Shown: one piece after another, positions 1 to 15,185 of the stretch
Layout: every line of letters starts with the position of its first letter
How positions within the stretch are numbered: position 1 is the stretch's first letter
NCBI RefSeq assembly: GCF_021869535.1
Contig: NW_026262723.1
Span: forward strand, 34,100,001 to 34,164,000
Length of the DNA stretch: 64,000 bases
Direction of reading: 5' to 3'
Origin: Mytilus californianus
Taxonomy: Eukaryota
Notes under the pieces: generated by a model
The model's database searches: none
Told to the model about the DNA's origin: nothing
What the model saw: only the letters and a program-made list of their open reading frames with translations
Program-made: the position numbers and the translations under genes

Positions 1-171
1 TTTGAAGCTTTCAATTTAATTTTTTACATTCTTAAGGAGATCGTATTTTTTTTTATTAAAGTTGTACATTATGGTAATATGTAAAACAAAAGAGGGAATA
101 AAGTGTCAACGTCATAATTTTGTATGCAAACTGTGTATTCAAATTCAATGGTTCGTGTGGTTTTTTTCTAC

Positions 172-318
172 CTATTGAGAACAAGAAAAACTACAAGTAG
201 GAATAGTTGAAATGATGGTGTGTGTCTCCCATGATATTACATATAGTTAGTTTTATACAATTGGACACGCAACATCATTTCAGCTATTCGTACTTGTAGT
301 TTTTCTTGTTCTCAATAG
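172..318. repeat. Foldback inverted repeat (~55-bp arms), MITE-like
   Basis: CTATTGAGAACAAGAAAAACTACAAGTA...GAAATGATG (from 172) is the near-exact reverse complement of CATCATTTC...TACTTGTAGTTTTTCTTGTTCTCAATAG (to 318), with a short spacer. Confidence 0.85.
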
Positions 319-1851
319 CTTAATACCCATGATTCAATAAATTTAATAGAAATTCAAAAATATGTTGGACATTACACCAACCACTAACTTTACTTAGAAA
401 GTAAAATGCTGCAGAGTCAATCTGCCTGTCTGCCTATCATCCATGGACAACAGCATGAATTTGGAATGCCGGCCAAAATGTGTAATATATCTTATCAATG
501 TACTCTCAACTTCTATTCAACCTTGATTCAACGTTAAATATATGTTGAAACTTCAAAGTTGAATGGATGATGAAATTTCAACGTAGATTCAAATTTTCGA
601 AATCAAATATAAATGACATTGTTTCAACGTAGGATCAACGCGTGATGCCTGCTGGTAACAAAACTTTGGTATATACCCTTTGATCCGAGGTCAACATATA
701 TCTTCCACGAAACAATGATGTTCTTTAACATTTTGTTTGATACTAAGATTTTCCTTTGTCATTTTTGTATTGGTAGTACAACTCCAATTCCAATTCTTCT
801 TCTTCTTTTTCTTCATTTCTCGCTTTTCATACCTAACAATGTTAAAGTAAATTTCTGTTTATCGAGTCTGGCCTGACTGATTTTGTTTGACTGTAACGAT
901 GATAAATATAAATAAGCATTATGTTTTGTTCTTACACAGTTATAGCAGGTTTTGCTCTGCCTCAAAAACGGGTATAATCCCACCAAAGTCAATATATGTT
1001 TTATCCAAAAGCGAGCGATTAATGTAATTATTTCAAATCAGGCCTTTACTTCTCTCTTTTTTATTGTATCTCATTTGCATGATTTGATTATCCAGACATT
1101 GTTCATAACTGACTACATGTGACCTTATTATGGCCTGTGAAGTGTAGTTTTTGTTTTAATATGAAATGATTTTAAGTGTTCTTCAAATTTAGGGAAATAC
1201 GATAGAGAAAATTAAGTTGATTAGCACCTGTTCGTCGAAGGATTTTTGCGCGTATTATAACGAAGGATTTATGGTAAATCTATACATGCCAATAAAAGTA
1301 CTTTCATTTTCGCAATCTCACAAGCACAGAAAGTCCTTAAAAAGGGGTACGGTTCACTGACGAAAAACACTTAGCAGAGGCTATGCATATGTTAGTAAAA
1401 GCGAGGCGAAAGATACCAAAGGGACATTCAAACGCATAAGTCGAAAAAAAAAAAAAACTGACAACGACATGGATAAAAAAGAAAAAGACCAGCACACAAA
1501 ACATGGTACACAAAACACAACATAGAAAACATTAGTAACTATAGTCATGCAATCTCATAGATCTTATATATTTGTTTGCTCTATTTGATATATAAAAATG
1601 TTTAGCTCGATAATTCTAAACAAACAAACAAAAGGCAAATACATATTTTAATTAGACAATTCTTTTGAAATGCATATGATTTAAGTGAGAGCATCCGATG
1701 TGTCCGTCCTCAATGTTTCTGCACTGATTGTAATGTGTATCTCTACAAAAAATACAATGTATACTCCAAATGGTATTGTTTGAAGAATTTTTCCTCAATT
1801 GGTTTAAACATTTGTCTTACCGTTAATCATGATATATAGTTTCAATTCAAA

Positions 1852-1956
1852 ATGAAGTATCAAGGCTTAGTCATGTTAGCATTAATTTCAATTATCTGCG
1901 TAATAAAAAAAAATTCTCAACTAAGTGAAGAGGTTTGTAATAAAAACATATGCTAG
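1852..1956 (+). pseudogene. Diverged orphan copy of receptor exon 1 (signal peptide MKYQGLVMLALISIICVIKKNSQLSEEVCNKNIC*)
   Basis: Shares AAAATGAAGTATCAA, the upstream TTCCTCAATTG motif and NSQ...C with the copy at 8603. The GGGTAAG donor seen in the other three copies is absent, and the frame runs into TAG at 1954-1956. Confidence 0.55.
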
Positions 1957-4900
1957 TATTTATAGATTTCAAGTGAAATCTTAAAATGTAATTCATCCAT
2001 AAAGTACGATAACATCTTTAAACGATGTATGTATCTATTAATACTTGGCAAATACTGGGAAAATTAGATATTGACAGGAAGTAATTGATGTTAACAGCTC
2101 AAGAGCAGAATAAAATTATCAACTGAAACATCTTTTACAAAATTTCATTTAGCAGAACAAAAAACCAAAAATATAAAGAAGAAAAAGTTAGATCTGGATC
2201 AGTTATGTTACTGGAAATGATTTTTTTTATGACAATGACGAGACAAAAAAAATCTCAATACATTATATTTTGGCTTTTACCATATTCTTTATTTGTAAAT
2301 GCAAACTGAACATTGGCACATTTATTTTCCTTGGTGTTGCATGAAAAGAGAAATCGACAGTTCATGTGTGGATTCAATTGGTATTCGAAAGAAACCTTGA
2401 ATAGTTCCATCCACAAATTAAGGAATCAAGAAATTGTTTGCATGGCCATATTGTTTAGTATACATATGTGCACACTTTTACATATATTTTATAGGACAAT
2501 GGTTAAAAGCAGAATAAAATTGTATACTGCAGTCATTTTGTTGGGTCAGGAAAATTGCGCTGACCATTTAATGCATTAAAAACTAAAGTTTTGAATTTGC
2601 ATTTGCGATGGTTCAGGGACGTCACTTACATATCAAAATATTTCTATTCCATGCAATTTGTTGCAAATTTAACATGAGCAACAATACCATCTTAATCATC
2701 ATCTTTGTTCAAGACTTCTTCAATATGTATACTACTGTTTCGTATACCTAATTGTCAACGAAATCATATCAAAAGAGGAAGAATTTAACATTTTTTGCAT
2801 TTTCGCCTTACAGGGTTTTAATATTATGATTATGTGGATAATACGATTATGAATTAGTGGTAAATGTTCAGTGGCAAATAGTTCGTGGGAATATGAAAAT
2901 GGTAATTGAATGTGGTCCACAGGAAAACATTTCATCCTACTTTGGCAGATCATTCGGACTCCGAGCCAATCAGTCTTTTATGTAACTTCTAAATGTGCAT
3001 GCTTAACGAGAAAGCAACAGAAAGAAATGTTCAATACTTAAGTTTGACCCTGTCATGATTCAAACTAAGGATCTGTCGAACTATATGTGAACAAGCTACC
3101 AAAAAAAAAAACCACAGTGCGGTGGAATGCATGCAATGAAAGCATCATATAATAATATAAAGTATTATTCAAAAATATGTAGATTCATTTCTGACTAAGT
3201 AGTCTCTTTTCCATATTCAATATGCTGAAGGACACTTTTGAAAGATTTGTACTGGTGTTCACTTATTCACTGGAGCAAAGACATTGTAATATGCGGTAAT
3301 AAACTTTAAGGCTTAGACTTCGCATTTCCGCTTGAATGGGCGATTACGTTTTCAAAGGCGGTGCTCATGTTTTTGCAGTCCAGAATTTACTTATAAACAA
3401 TCATAACAAAATATATTATATATACAAAGTGACATAATAATACGTAATGAACAAGATCTGTTTTTTTTTATTTATACAGCTTCATCATAAACCGAAACCG
3501 AAACCGAAATCAAAAACCGAAACTGAGACCAAAACTAAATTAATTTCATTTGCATGATTAAATGTAATTTTGCAAACGCTGTTTGTCATTATCACTTTTT
3601 TGTATTGCAGATATGTATTTATATATTATATAGTTTTAATAACGCTACGTAGCATATTTATTTAGAGATTGGCAATTGTGTTATATCATCCATCGAAAAT
3701 GAAGGACATATTCCTTTAACAGAACAATTGTCATGGTTATTGTTTTTTTTCTTATGCCTTAGTTTTGTCTGTTTCACTCAACGTTTTGGTTTTGATTGTA
3801 GGCTAGGTAGTTTCTTTTTCTTTAACAAATTTTACACGGAACATTTCAATATTTCAATGAAAATCACTCATGTACAGACGGGCATATGTTACATTATACT
3901 GACTTTCCCCTGACATCAGCATTGTCCGAGCGGAATAAATGTAAGTGTATAGTATTTATTTCATTTCTGAAGTAATTTATAAAACTTCACTGTGCATATG
4001 CCATCAATTGTCTTCGTAGTTATAGCAGCAAACCACAAATCTGAAATGTTAAAAAAAATATCAATTGTACACAATAGTGTGGTCATAGTAAAAACAATTT
4101 CAAACCGTTCATGAAAAATAATATATACAAAATATATTGCGTTGTATATTTTGTATTGAATGGCTCATAAGTATCTTCCTTCTCCTTTTGTATTTAGTTT
4201 AACACCCGATTTAATGTTAAAATAATTGCAAAATATGATTAAATCCATCTCCCCTATAACAACTGGAACTGGATCAGAATCAATCTATTTCAATTTTTTA
4301 TTTAATAGTTCTAGCAAATGTATACTATGAGTGATACCAATTTATATGCTGTATAACAGAACAACCTATTGCAATAAAATAAAAAAGTAAAATTAGCTTA
4401 TTTGCTTGATATCAACCTATATTATGAGCAATCTTATCCATAGTGATCTGGCGATTAGTATATCCGTTTTTTTGTGGAATATTTATATAACTTTTCTGTA
4501 GAACATACATTATCCTTTAATAGTAATGACAGTAATTGTTAATTCAGGTTTAACTTCAGAGCTATTTTTTGTTAGTTAGCTTTTATGTTTTAGTACTTCA
4601 CCAAAACGGCATACATGCAATACCTTTTGAAAAGACTATCAATATATATATCACATTCCTAATGTAATAAATAAGCTGTTATAAATAAAAATTGTAATCG
4701 ATTTGATAACATTATTACCTGATGTCTTTATTAGAAGAAAGACAACTCTTTTTCTTTACGTATTCTTATGTATAAGCAACAGTAGTACATAGATATACGT
4801 AGTTTTGAACAAAGATGAAGATGAAGATTAAGATAAAGTGGTTGCTCAAGTAAAAAAAATTGTATGGAATACCCATTGTATATGAAGTATATATTTGTTC

Positions 4901-7900
4901 ACATATAAATGAGGCCACACATCTATCATGAGAGATGTAATATTATTTTATGTATCTATTGAACTATAAAATTCTACTTGAAACTTATAAATACTTACCC
5001 TAGGTAAATTTCTCCACTGAGTTCGGAGGATTTTATTTTCCACAAATAAGTTAAATATTACTTATATTACTAAGTCTTGATTTTAAATCGAAAGGGGAAG
5101 TTTTTTCTTCATGTATATCAGGGAAACGTATGGAAACCCTCTTTTCTATATATATTCTGAAAGCATTTTATAAGAGCTATCTTCTCATATTTTATTAGAG
5201 CTATCTTCTCATATTTTATTTCAAAATTCTGTCATTTAGTTTACCGTCTTTTAACCTAATGCTACTCTTCTCTGTATAGTCAATACAAAATTATTTTTTA
5301 TATTTTTATGTGTAGCTTGAAAACAAGCTCGCTGACCTATCGTTATATTTTTTGACATTACCATGGCAAAGCATGAAAAAGTTCTATCATTATTGGTTTA
5401 TACTCCCAAACCTCCCCTTCGTTGTGTATAAAGTACGTTGCAAGTCCGCAATTCTGTAGTTTGTATTACATTTTTTAACATATATGTACAAATATAATGT
5501 AATTTCGCAGCCAAAATCATGGCCACATCCTGCATAATACACCATGCTAGTTCCACTTGCTTTGTATATGAAGGGGTAGAGGGTGTTCTACCTATGACTT
5601 GTTTCTTCTTGCAAAAAATATTGAATTGGAAACAAATCGGTAATTGAAAAATGCACTGCATGGACTATTTCCAATTTTCGAAAGTGTCGTGCAGGGTGAT
5701 TTAGACTTTAGAAAAAAACTGTTTAATTTAACTATTTAAGTGCCAGTCTTTGTAAGAATCAGGCAATTTTGAAAAAAAAATCAAAACATGGCCGAAAAAA
5801 AAACACCAACCTAACCATCCTATTTTGAAGTTACCTTCATCCTGAGTAGAAATGGTAGGTCTTTCGTTTCTACATGTCGGGTAACCCGAAATATCTCTAG
5901 ATACATTTTTGTTAGAATTATAGCAATGTACAGAGTTAGTTCCCCTTAATTGTTAATTTCTAGTGCATTTCAACCAAATCATTTCTTGAATTACCAGAAC
6001 AGGAAAAGGAAACGAATGTTTTATTCGTGCAATATTTTACATTTTGAACATAAATTAATGTCAACTTGAGTGGATTTTTGTTTTTCATGTTTTCACCGCT
6101 GCCTGATTCTTAGGCAGATTGGCATTTAATTACTTTTGTATACAACACATGTACTGTTCTTATGTTTTTATTGCAACTGTGTTCTGTCATCTGTTACGCC
6201 AATATTTTAGAGAAAATCTTTTTTGTTTCAAATTATTCAATTTTAAGTATTTCTTTTTATTGATTGAGATAAAAACACAAGAACTTCTCACAAAAGTGTT
6301 ATAGCCATACCATTAGTCAGGAATATTGCCTGTATTTATTTCCGTTTCTATATTAGCGCGTTTGTCTATTTAGGAATTTAATGCTCAGTGCAGACCTAAG
6401 TTGCTATCTGTAATGTATTGTTTCATAAATTGTTTCGAGGCAAGACTATCTCTAGTTAAACATAATAGTTATTAATATATATCTGTGGCATTAACCTTTT
6501 TTTACAACTTTCTGTATTGACACAAGTATCAAAATGCGATAAGAAAGTTTGCAGGTCACGTGACGTTAAATGTTTAAACATAAAAAATGTTAAAGCTGAT
6601 GTTTGTAAAAAAAAAAAATCTCAATTTAAACAAACAAAAACACTAATTAATTTTAGTCTTTCGCCAATTCAGACTTTGATGAACAGTTTTACTAAATGTC
6701 ATGCTGCAAAAAAATATGCACAGAAGGTTTAAGTCAGAATTTATGATCATTCAGTTCGATGTTTGAGGTATGCATGTATACACTTTACTCCAATTTCAGA
6801 TAGCCGGAAGGCGGAGCCAAGTTTCTGTAGATTCTCTGAATTTGTAATATCACAGATATGTCTATACTGAATGACCTTTTTGTTAGGTTGCCGACCAGAT
6901 GACTTGTTTCAAATATTTTTTATCTTTTAAAGATTGATTTTATGCTCACTAATTTTTTTTTTTTTTTTTTTTGGTTTTGTTTATTCATTTGAATTATGTT
7001 CTTGATGATCTGATTTTTATGGTATTTTCTTTTTCACCCATTCATGTACTTTTACACATTGTGACTTGGATGGAGAGTTGTCTCATTGGCACTCATACCA
7101 CATCTTCTTATTTCTACAGTTGATCAAAATATGATAAAGAAGTGCACACACAAATAAATTAAACCCCATCATATATGCCTGTGTCTGTATAAAATCAGGA
7201 ATCTAGTGACTGATTGTCTTTCAATATACTTTAAAACTGACTGACTTTTAGGTATTAGATGTTGATGGCTGAAGGTGTGATAGTTTCGATTAGATTTAAC
7301 CGCCATTTGTCTTGGCATAATTCACAATCACATGTTGTTCAGAGCGGCATATTCACATGTAGACATCTTTTTGTTTGTATGTTTGGTTTGTTTTTCTGTT
7401 TCTCTCATCGACGTTTTTTCAACATCTTTTTTTTTAATTTAATTTGTTAACAAGAAGAGTCTGAAGTTTGGAAAAAAATAATTTGATTGCCATTTTTATT
7501 AATCTTTTAAAAAAAAGTAAAGTAAAGATATTAATTTTATTCATTACAGACAATACTCCGTTTTTAAGGTTGCAATTCATTTTCTCCCATTCTATCTCAA
7601 ATTCGAGACCTAATTGCTTACTTGTTGAAGGTACTTTGTGATGTTACCCATTGTCTATTCAAAACATTCGACTCGATAGTTCTATTTAAAACAATCGTAT
7701 ACAAAAAAACTTTAAAAGAAGATAAATCATTTCTAATCTAAAATGGTTTGATAACGTTTTTGTTTAATACAAAATGTGTTCCATTCTCAAAATGTTATAA
7801 CTTTGTTTGTAAAGTTAAATTAATTGCCCCTTTATTCAGTAGACTGCATCTTGATACGATTTTTGTTTTGTATTGAGTGTTTTTAAACTGATATTTCATC

Positions 7901-8602
7901 AGAACAATGATTAGTATCAGTTATCAGCTTGGGTGATTTGATCTTTATGATTTCTATTCAATTGAAGCCTGTACGTCGATCAAATCCAGGTAAATACATA
8001 CATAGTTCTACCTGAGTTGTATGTGTTAAATTCAAAAGATATTACAATTATAGCATTATTGAGACGACACACAGTGGAACACCCTTTGTAAAAAAGAGGA
8101 TAATGGAGAATAAATCATGCTAACAAGTCCGTATACACTCTTAACAACAATGAAAAGCATAGGTTCAGAACTTTCATACACTGGTTGTATTCACAAAACA
8201 TTGTAAGGCCCTCACAAATACTCACACATCATTGCAGAAAATACGTCCTAAGCACCGGCTAGGGTTAATTCATTCACAGATGTCATGCAATTTTATGCAC
8301 ACTCATTTTGACGTCATTTATTATTCAAAAATATTAGCTAAAGGTCTGAAAAATAAATGGAGATTTTAATAATTTAAAAGAATAACATTTTTTGCAATGC
8401 AAGGAATGGCAGTGGCAGCGTCCGTTGTGTTAGGTCCTCAATGTGACCTCATCAATTTTTATGGGTAATAGTACATGATAAATCATGAAGTATACTTTAA
8501 ATAGCAATGTTCCAAGAATTCTTCCTCAATTGTTATATTATAAATTATAAATATTTATCGACGAACACTCCCGTATATCAATGTTTCTCATTTCGAATAA
8601 AA

Positions 8603-8691
8603 ATGAAGTATCAAGTGATCTTTTTAGTTTGTTGTGGAATAAGGAATTTCTCTCAATCAGATGCTAGTATTTGTGTTAATAAAAGAACAGG
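8603..8691 (+). CDS. Receptor gene B exon 1: signal peptide MKYQVIFLVCCGIRNFSQSDASICVNKRT(G)
   Basis: ATG, hydrophobic stretch, GG|GTAAG donor (phase 2). Length is 89 nt, identical to the paralogous exons at 41688 and 52943. Confidence 0.8.
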
Positions 8692-10524
8692 GTAAGTGTT
8701 AATGATTTTAAGGGACATTTTCATTCGACATCCACTTAGTCCTGTAAGTACAAATGTGTCTCAATACAATTACAAATATATCACTTAGTGTTTGTCAATA
8801 TCTGACAATTCAAATGGTGCAAAATGATAAAATCAAAATGAAAACCAATCATTTATAAAACTAAGAAGATATGTATGATTACAAATGAGACAACTCTCCA
8901 CAAGAGACCAAAAGACACAGAAATTAACAACTATAGGTCACCTATAAGATATGCGAACATTGTCGAAAATTCAACACATGTGGAAATAAATTGGGCAAGA
9001 TGATTAATATGGAGTGAAATGGTACTTTTCTAACATACTTTCTGGGTTTCTTTCGAAAACAAAACTGAATATTATTATTATTATCAAAACCTTGCACTTT
9101 ATATATATTTGTTTAACAGTTACTATACTATTGAGTAACGACTATCAAAATGGTATCTTTTGTCGTTGTCATTGACCCTTTATATAACAAACAATTGACA
9201 TTGTCTGGACGATATATAAGTGATTTGTAGACATATTTAAGTAGTATCACACATTATCAATATAAGCAGGACATCATGAGGAAGATTCAATTTATCCATC
9301 TCAACATTTAGTTTTATAGCAAACTGGTTAAATGCAGAACAAAATATTCTATTACAATCATTTGATTGGAGAGGACAATTTCTGTTTACCATTTACATTA
9401 TTTCGCTTGAAAGTTTGGAAATACCGTTTGTGATTTCACTGTGACATCATGAACATGTACAAAAATAGGTATTTAATATAATTGGCCATTCCATGCAGGA
9501 TTGTTTTAAAATGCAATATGTTCAACAACTTTACCTTAATCAACATTCTATAGACATCTTGAACATGTGTATGTCTGATGCTTTCAAAATAATAACCAAC
9601 GACAAAAATCACTATGAGGGTATATTTTTCAGTTTTGATAATTTCCCAATAAAAGGAAATCTTTTATATATGCAGGGAACTATTTAACGTATTAGGCAAC
9701 TTTAAAAAATATAAACTGTTACATTGATTTCTGACTGATGTCTTATATTTTCAAGTCTTATTGAAATACATAAGGTGCACGCTTCAAAACCATTTTGAAA
9801 AAAAAAATCTTAAAGGACAGTCTTTAAAGCAGTAAATATAGAAGATAGCAGTTTGACGATTTTCAAATCTCGCCAATTAACAAGAAAGAGCCAAATCAAG
9901 GTAACATACAGACACTAAGGAATTATAATAGTGCATTAACGTGAAGGGTAAATACACTAGCATTGAGTCTTTACGGGAACATTTTTTCAAACAGATTAAA
10001 CTTACCAAAACTTATATCTTTCTAAGTACATCTAACACCACGATCGCCTACCACAAAACATTTTTTGTGACATTGAATCCTATTTGTTTACGTATTAATT
10101 TATCGAACTTTGAAACAACTACCAAGTTCATTGCTTTGTATGTTGATGTGCGGGATCTACAATCTTACCTTACGCCATTAACAGTCTAATGCCTCTCTAG
10201 ATGTCCATGCAGTATATGTAACAAAGAAATAAATAAAATAAAAAAACACATAAACTTTGATATAAGTCAAAGCAATTCACACGTGAAGTTGGAAACATTC
10301 TTATTGCCACAGCTAATCTATTAATAAATTGAGGAATGGATTGTGTCTGGCTTAATCCGTTATGCAAGATAAAAAATTGTACAGAAATAGGCAACAACCC
10401 ACGATTACTATCGTATGAATTAAATTTATTAACAAAATATAGTATGCACGTTTCATTGAAATTTGGTATTGTACGTGTTGAAAATACATTTTTTGGTCTT
10501 TTATTAAAGTTTTGAATATTTCAG

Positions 10525-10577
10525 ACGTCGTGACGTATGCTGCTATAACTTTGAATATATCAACGGAAATTGCATCA
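10525..10577 (+). CDS. Gene B exon 2: (G)RRDVCCYNFEYINGNCI(K), Cys-rich N-terminal module
   Basis: TTCAG acceptor and GTAAG donor. Phases 2/1 fit exons 1 and 3. Homologous to 54202-54251. Confidence 0.8.
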
Positions 10578-13500
10578 GTAAGTTTTGTTTAAATATTTTC
10601 GCTCTAAAATCTTGCATTTACAGTGATACGGCTCGGGAAAAGGCTTCTGTTGTAAACAGCAGGTTCTTTTGAAATCAGCACATCAATATGCCCATCTAAA
10701 CTAGAAATAAAGCCAAGACTATTTCATAATTTATTGTACAAATTTTGTTTTAAAGGAAAAAGTTAGCAAGATTGTAATTAAAAACCAGAATGCTAAGACA
10801 ATCATGCAACACAAAGACTAAACGGAAATGAAAAGGACAAACAGACAGTTATGAATGCTATTGTTTTCAATTTCCCCTCATAGATGATTTACTTGAAAAA
10901 AGTAATTGCAATTGAATTATATGCGCTTACAAACATGTTTAATTTCCTAGATAACTTTGTTGTGCCTGTTCAGGACAAATGTAGTCCAAAGGTTTTGGTT
11001 TTTGGACTGTGAGTCTTATTTGTTTTCGTTCATTGTTTGTATATAGATTAGCCCGCCTGTTTCCCTTTAGATTGTGCCAAACTTGTCGAAGCTGTGCCTT
11101 TTAAAGTTTACATTATCATATGGGTTCTGCAAATTGATGTATACTGTAAGTTTACTGTTCATATCTTATTCCGTTTGTCTTGGTGGAAATTTTCTGCATT
11201 GTCAATCATACCACTTGTCGTTATCTATTTCTTTGTTACATCTTAAAACTTTTGTATATCCTTGATGACGAAGGATTGATACGGTGTATAAATTCATCAC
11301 ACAAATTACTACACGCCCATAAAACAACATCATAGGAACAGAATTTATAATTTGTTCTTTATCTAAAAGTCACATTGAGGTTCAATATGCAGCAAACACC
11401 AAAGTAACCATGGACGAATGTTATATCAATACTCACAATGTAAATTTACCGACTAAAATATTTAAAGTTATCTAATCTGCACCGAGGTTAATCTGAAAAC
11501 AAATTTTGATATGATTGCTTTGAATGATTTGAAATTGTTTAGAATACCTTACTTAGCATGCTTAGTCTTACTATTGTCTGAGGTATTTTTTAACCTAAAG
11601 ATTTAACGTGGAGAATTGAGCAAGTCTGAAATATCCCGTTTACGAACTTTCAGTTTTATGTTTCAGTATATCTATATTCCTACAAAATGTATTCGTTAGC
11701 AACTATAATTCGTGTGATAAATGTTAATTGAAAAGCAACCGCTTGTTATCTCATTGTATTTTAATGACATAAATTTTAAAATACTAGCTACAATTTACAA
11801 ATGCATAAGATAAAAATTATTTGGCCTTCAAATTGAGAGCATAATATTATTGATACTATCTCAAGGTGAGACTACTTTGGCAGTAATTGCTCTTTTGTTT
11901 AGATGTTTGAGGTCAACGTGTATATGCTTATGGACTATGATTATCTCATATAAGCAGTGAAATCAATTACTAGTGTACTCATGTCACTGCAAGGGTTATT
12001 TTGGAAAACTCATTTTATCTTAAAATTAAAAATGTTTCTATATCACAAATCTGTATGACTGTGTACTCCGGGGTTGACAATATCGTGGGAGATTTGTAAA
12101 TATTGCTCAACTAATAAATGTTTTGAGTAGATTATAGTTTTCATAAAAAATGTATGGGATATTACCATTTTCAAAGTTCCGTTTTATATCTACATGTATG
12201 TAAAAGAAATTGTTCCTACTTTATATCAAACAATGCACACTCTTCCGGAATTACTCAATGGTCGCACAACATTATAACCATTTAACTATTTTTTGTAAAT
12301 TGTTAACATGGCGTACTCTGTATTACGGAAACTTGCTTTTTTATGAACATTGAATATGCACAAAAAATCTTCATGGTGCCAACAAAATATGATTATATAA
12401 ATTGTGTTTGGTGACGTTTTCAATGTTTTAAGATAAAATATTTATAAAACGAATAGCTTTTGTTTCAGATCATTATTTACTGAATAACATGAAATTATTT
12501 AAGTTTTTTTTTGGAATGAAATAAGTGAGAATAAATAGTAGTTAAAATTAACGCAAGGTCACTTTAGCCATGATGCCATACGCATGCTTTCAAAACGATG
12601 AACATGTGTACATATAATGTAGATATGTTTAATAGATCCATAATGTTTTGAACATCTAAATCACTTGCAGTATTGCATAAACTTAAAATCGATCTGCATT
12701 GAACATTTAGTTGATAGATAATTGGTTTAAACTACCGAAAGCAAAGGTGACCCTACATAGACTTGGTAATTCATTCATTGACTAGCTCAAGATACATCTT
12801 TTGTTAAAGAGCTCCCAAATGAAGTAGTTATACAATCTTGGCTTTTCATTTATTGGGTTCCAGATGGAGGTAAATCCCGAAAAGCCCTTTGGACGAACCA
12901 AATTTTTATAGTGATATTTAACATATTTTATACAAATCTAGGTATCGTTTTCACATTGCTTTTTCATTTCAAATTTTCATATTTGGTCATACATAAATAT
13001 GCATGATTATCAAATGAATAATCAGTACTGGATATGAAAACATTTGGCAATGTATAAGAACTATACAAGAGATTTTTGAAAATACTCTAATGTGCAATGG
13101 CTCATCATACCTAATCCACATGATTAAATGGTAAACTTTTGTAACTTAAACGAAGTGGACACCCATATGAGTTCACCGCGGTGTTTAGTTGGATTCGTTT
13201 TTCTGAATATTTTTTTCTGTAGAATGTTGGGGTAGACTGTTTGTCTGTTTATCTTTCTATTTTTTACTCCGATGTCTGTTTTTTAATTCCGACGTTTTTG
13301 TTATTTTAGTTATCATTTTAGCATCGTCTATTTTCACGGCACGTATTTATTACATTTAGTAAAAATCGTATGCATGGCTTTTGGCGGTACTTATTGAAAT
13401 GGTTTATACACTGTTATAACAATATATCCAGAAGACACATAAATTCCATTATATCCAGCTTCCAGCAGAATGTATCGAAGTTTCGTACACATACCGTCAT

Positions 13501-14026
13501 AAATAGAGAAGAAGAGGACTAAGGGGCAATCAAAGACATCAAAGTCGAAGAAAAAACATTAAATTTAATAGCCAGTATATTGAAATTCAAAATGGCAAAC
13601 AACAGTCAATAAAATAACATATCTGGTCGAAGTCAAAACACAATCACATATTTGTCAAACAAACACACGTCCACAGTAAACTAAACAGAAAATTAAAAAT
13701 TGAACAGCACGAACATTTTTTGCATTTTATTTCTCTTGTCAAATTGTAGTTCTTCATATTTTTCACATCCATTTTTAAGAATTTATAGCATATACAATCT
13801 TATATCATTATTATAATAAAATTGTTATTTCATACATTTTATGTAATTTGCATGTGCTCAACTTATAACATTATATTTCAATTTCAAGCAAGTTAGGCAG
13901 ATTAGCGATACTATGTTTTCACAAATTCGTATATGTAACGATATACATTATACTTTGTGTAAACTTTGTTTTTATGGAATAATAACTCTTTAAGGGACTG
14001 AAAAAATGTCTGCTTTTTTCGATTAG

Positions 14027-14135
14027 AGTGCAAAATTGGAAAAACTACAGAAGCTGGTAGTCGATGTATGTCGTGTCAAAATGACACATATGGTGAGAGG
14101 TGTGGTAAGAAGTGTGTTTGCGAGCAGTCACACAG
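14027..14135 (+). CDS. Gene B exon 3: EGF-like Cys-rich domain CKIGKTTEAGSRCMSCQNDTYGERCGKKCVCEQSH(R)
   Basis: TTAG acceptor and GTATA donor, phases 1/2. The C..C..YG..C...C.C spacing is MEGF/laminin-EGF-like. Homologous to 56627-56738. Confidence 0.85.
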
Positions 14136-14539
14136 GTATATGTTTCTATTTAAAGTTGAAAACTAACATCGCGACTTCAATAAAATATCCAATAATTTTT
14201 AAAAATCACACTTTCTAATAAGTCACTCTTGCTTTAATTGTTAGACGGCAATTAGTATGTATTTCAGTTAACGATTGTTAAAGTACGGCAAATCCAGGTA
14301 TTGCCAAATATCCATGCAGTTAGAAACAAACTGTTTTAACCGCTTAAATAGTAGCTTATTGTTAGTTTTTTTCTTCACAAGACAGTCATGTAATAGCTGA
14401 ATCATGTAATCCTACAGAAGTGAATCTTGTATAATGCAAACTTGTTGTTTTTCATAATTCTTTTTTTTGTGACGCTTCCTTAACATAACAGTGGATGTGA
14501 AGGTTATAACAATCAAGTAATAAATTATTTATACTACAG

Positions 14540-14604
14540 GTGTGATGCTAAAGTGGGATGTATTCCAAACACAAGCATCACAACGATACATACTACATAT
14601 ACAG
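14540..14604 (+). CDS. Gene B exon 4: CDAKVGCIPNTSITTIHTTYT (end of EGF-like domain, start of Ser/Thr stalk)
   Basis: CTACAG acceptor and GTAAAC donor, phases 2/1. Homologous to 57805-57842. Confidence 0.8.
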
Positions 14605-14934
14605 GTAAACACTACCGTCATCCAGTTTTGTCTTTACTATTGGCTTATTTTCTTTTTTCCTTTTCTTTTTTGGGGAGACATCATTATCAAAAACAGTTAT
14701 CATCATCAATCATCTTTATCATATATTGATATAACTTAGGTCTAGCAAAGCCGATACGAATCTAAGGCATCTAAGAACAAAATGTATGTTATAATAATTA
14801 AATAGTTTTTTCTGTTAACTAAGATGCATTCTGAAATACCATATGTTGCTGTTTGAATTAGTTTCTTTAAAACTGCAATGTAACTTACTTATTTTTAAGG
14901 CAGTTTGCTAACATGTATTATATAGATATAAGAA

Positions 14935-15185
14935 GATGTGGTATGAGTGCCAATGAGACGACTTTCCATCCAAGTCACAATTTGTAAAAGTAAACCAATA
15001 TAGGTTAAAGTACGGCCTTCAACACGGAGCCTTGGCTCACACCGAACAGCAAGCTTTAAAGGGCCCCAAAAATTACTAGTGTAAAACCATTCAAATAGGA
15101 AAAAACCAACGGTCTAATCAATATAAAAAACGAGAAACGAGAAACACTTATGAACCTCATCAACAAACGACAACCACTGAACATC
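14935..15185 (+). repeat. Dispersed repeat (GATGTGGTATGAGTGCCAATGAGAC...GGCCTTCAAC...)
   Basis: Related copies at about 7070-7115(-), 8875-8940(+), 26985-27080(-) and 40160-40220(-). Class not determined. Confidence 0.75.

Noticed and set aside
2860-2935. WEYENGN* resembling receptor exon 2 (FEYINGNC)
   Set aside because: No CC motif, no donor site and the frame is broken. The similarity is too short.
5173-5220. Perfect 24-bp tandem duplication (also AAACCG repeats near 3490 and a duplication near 44210)
   Set aside because: Ordinary slippage or local duplication in non-coding DNA.
12857-12900. Hammerhead-like remnants here and at 17643-17690
   Set aside because: Core nucleotides are mutated or deleted (CAGATGG here; no GAAA at 17651).
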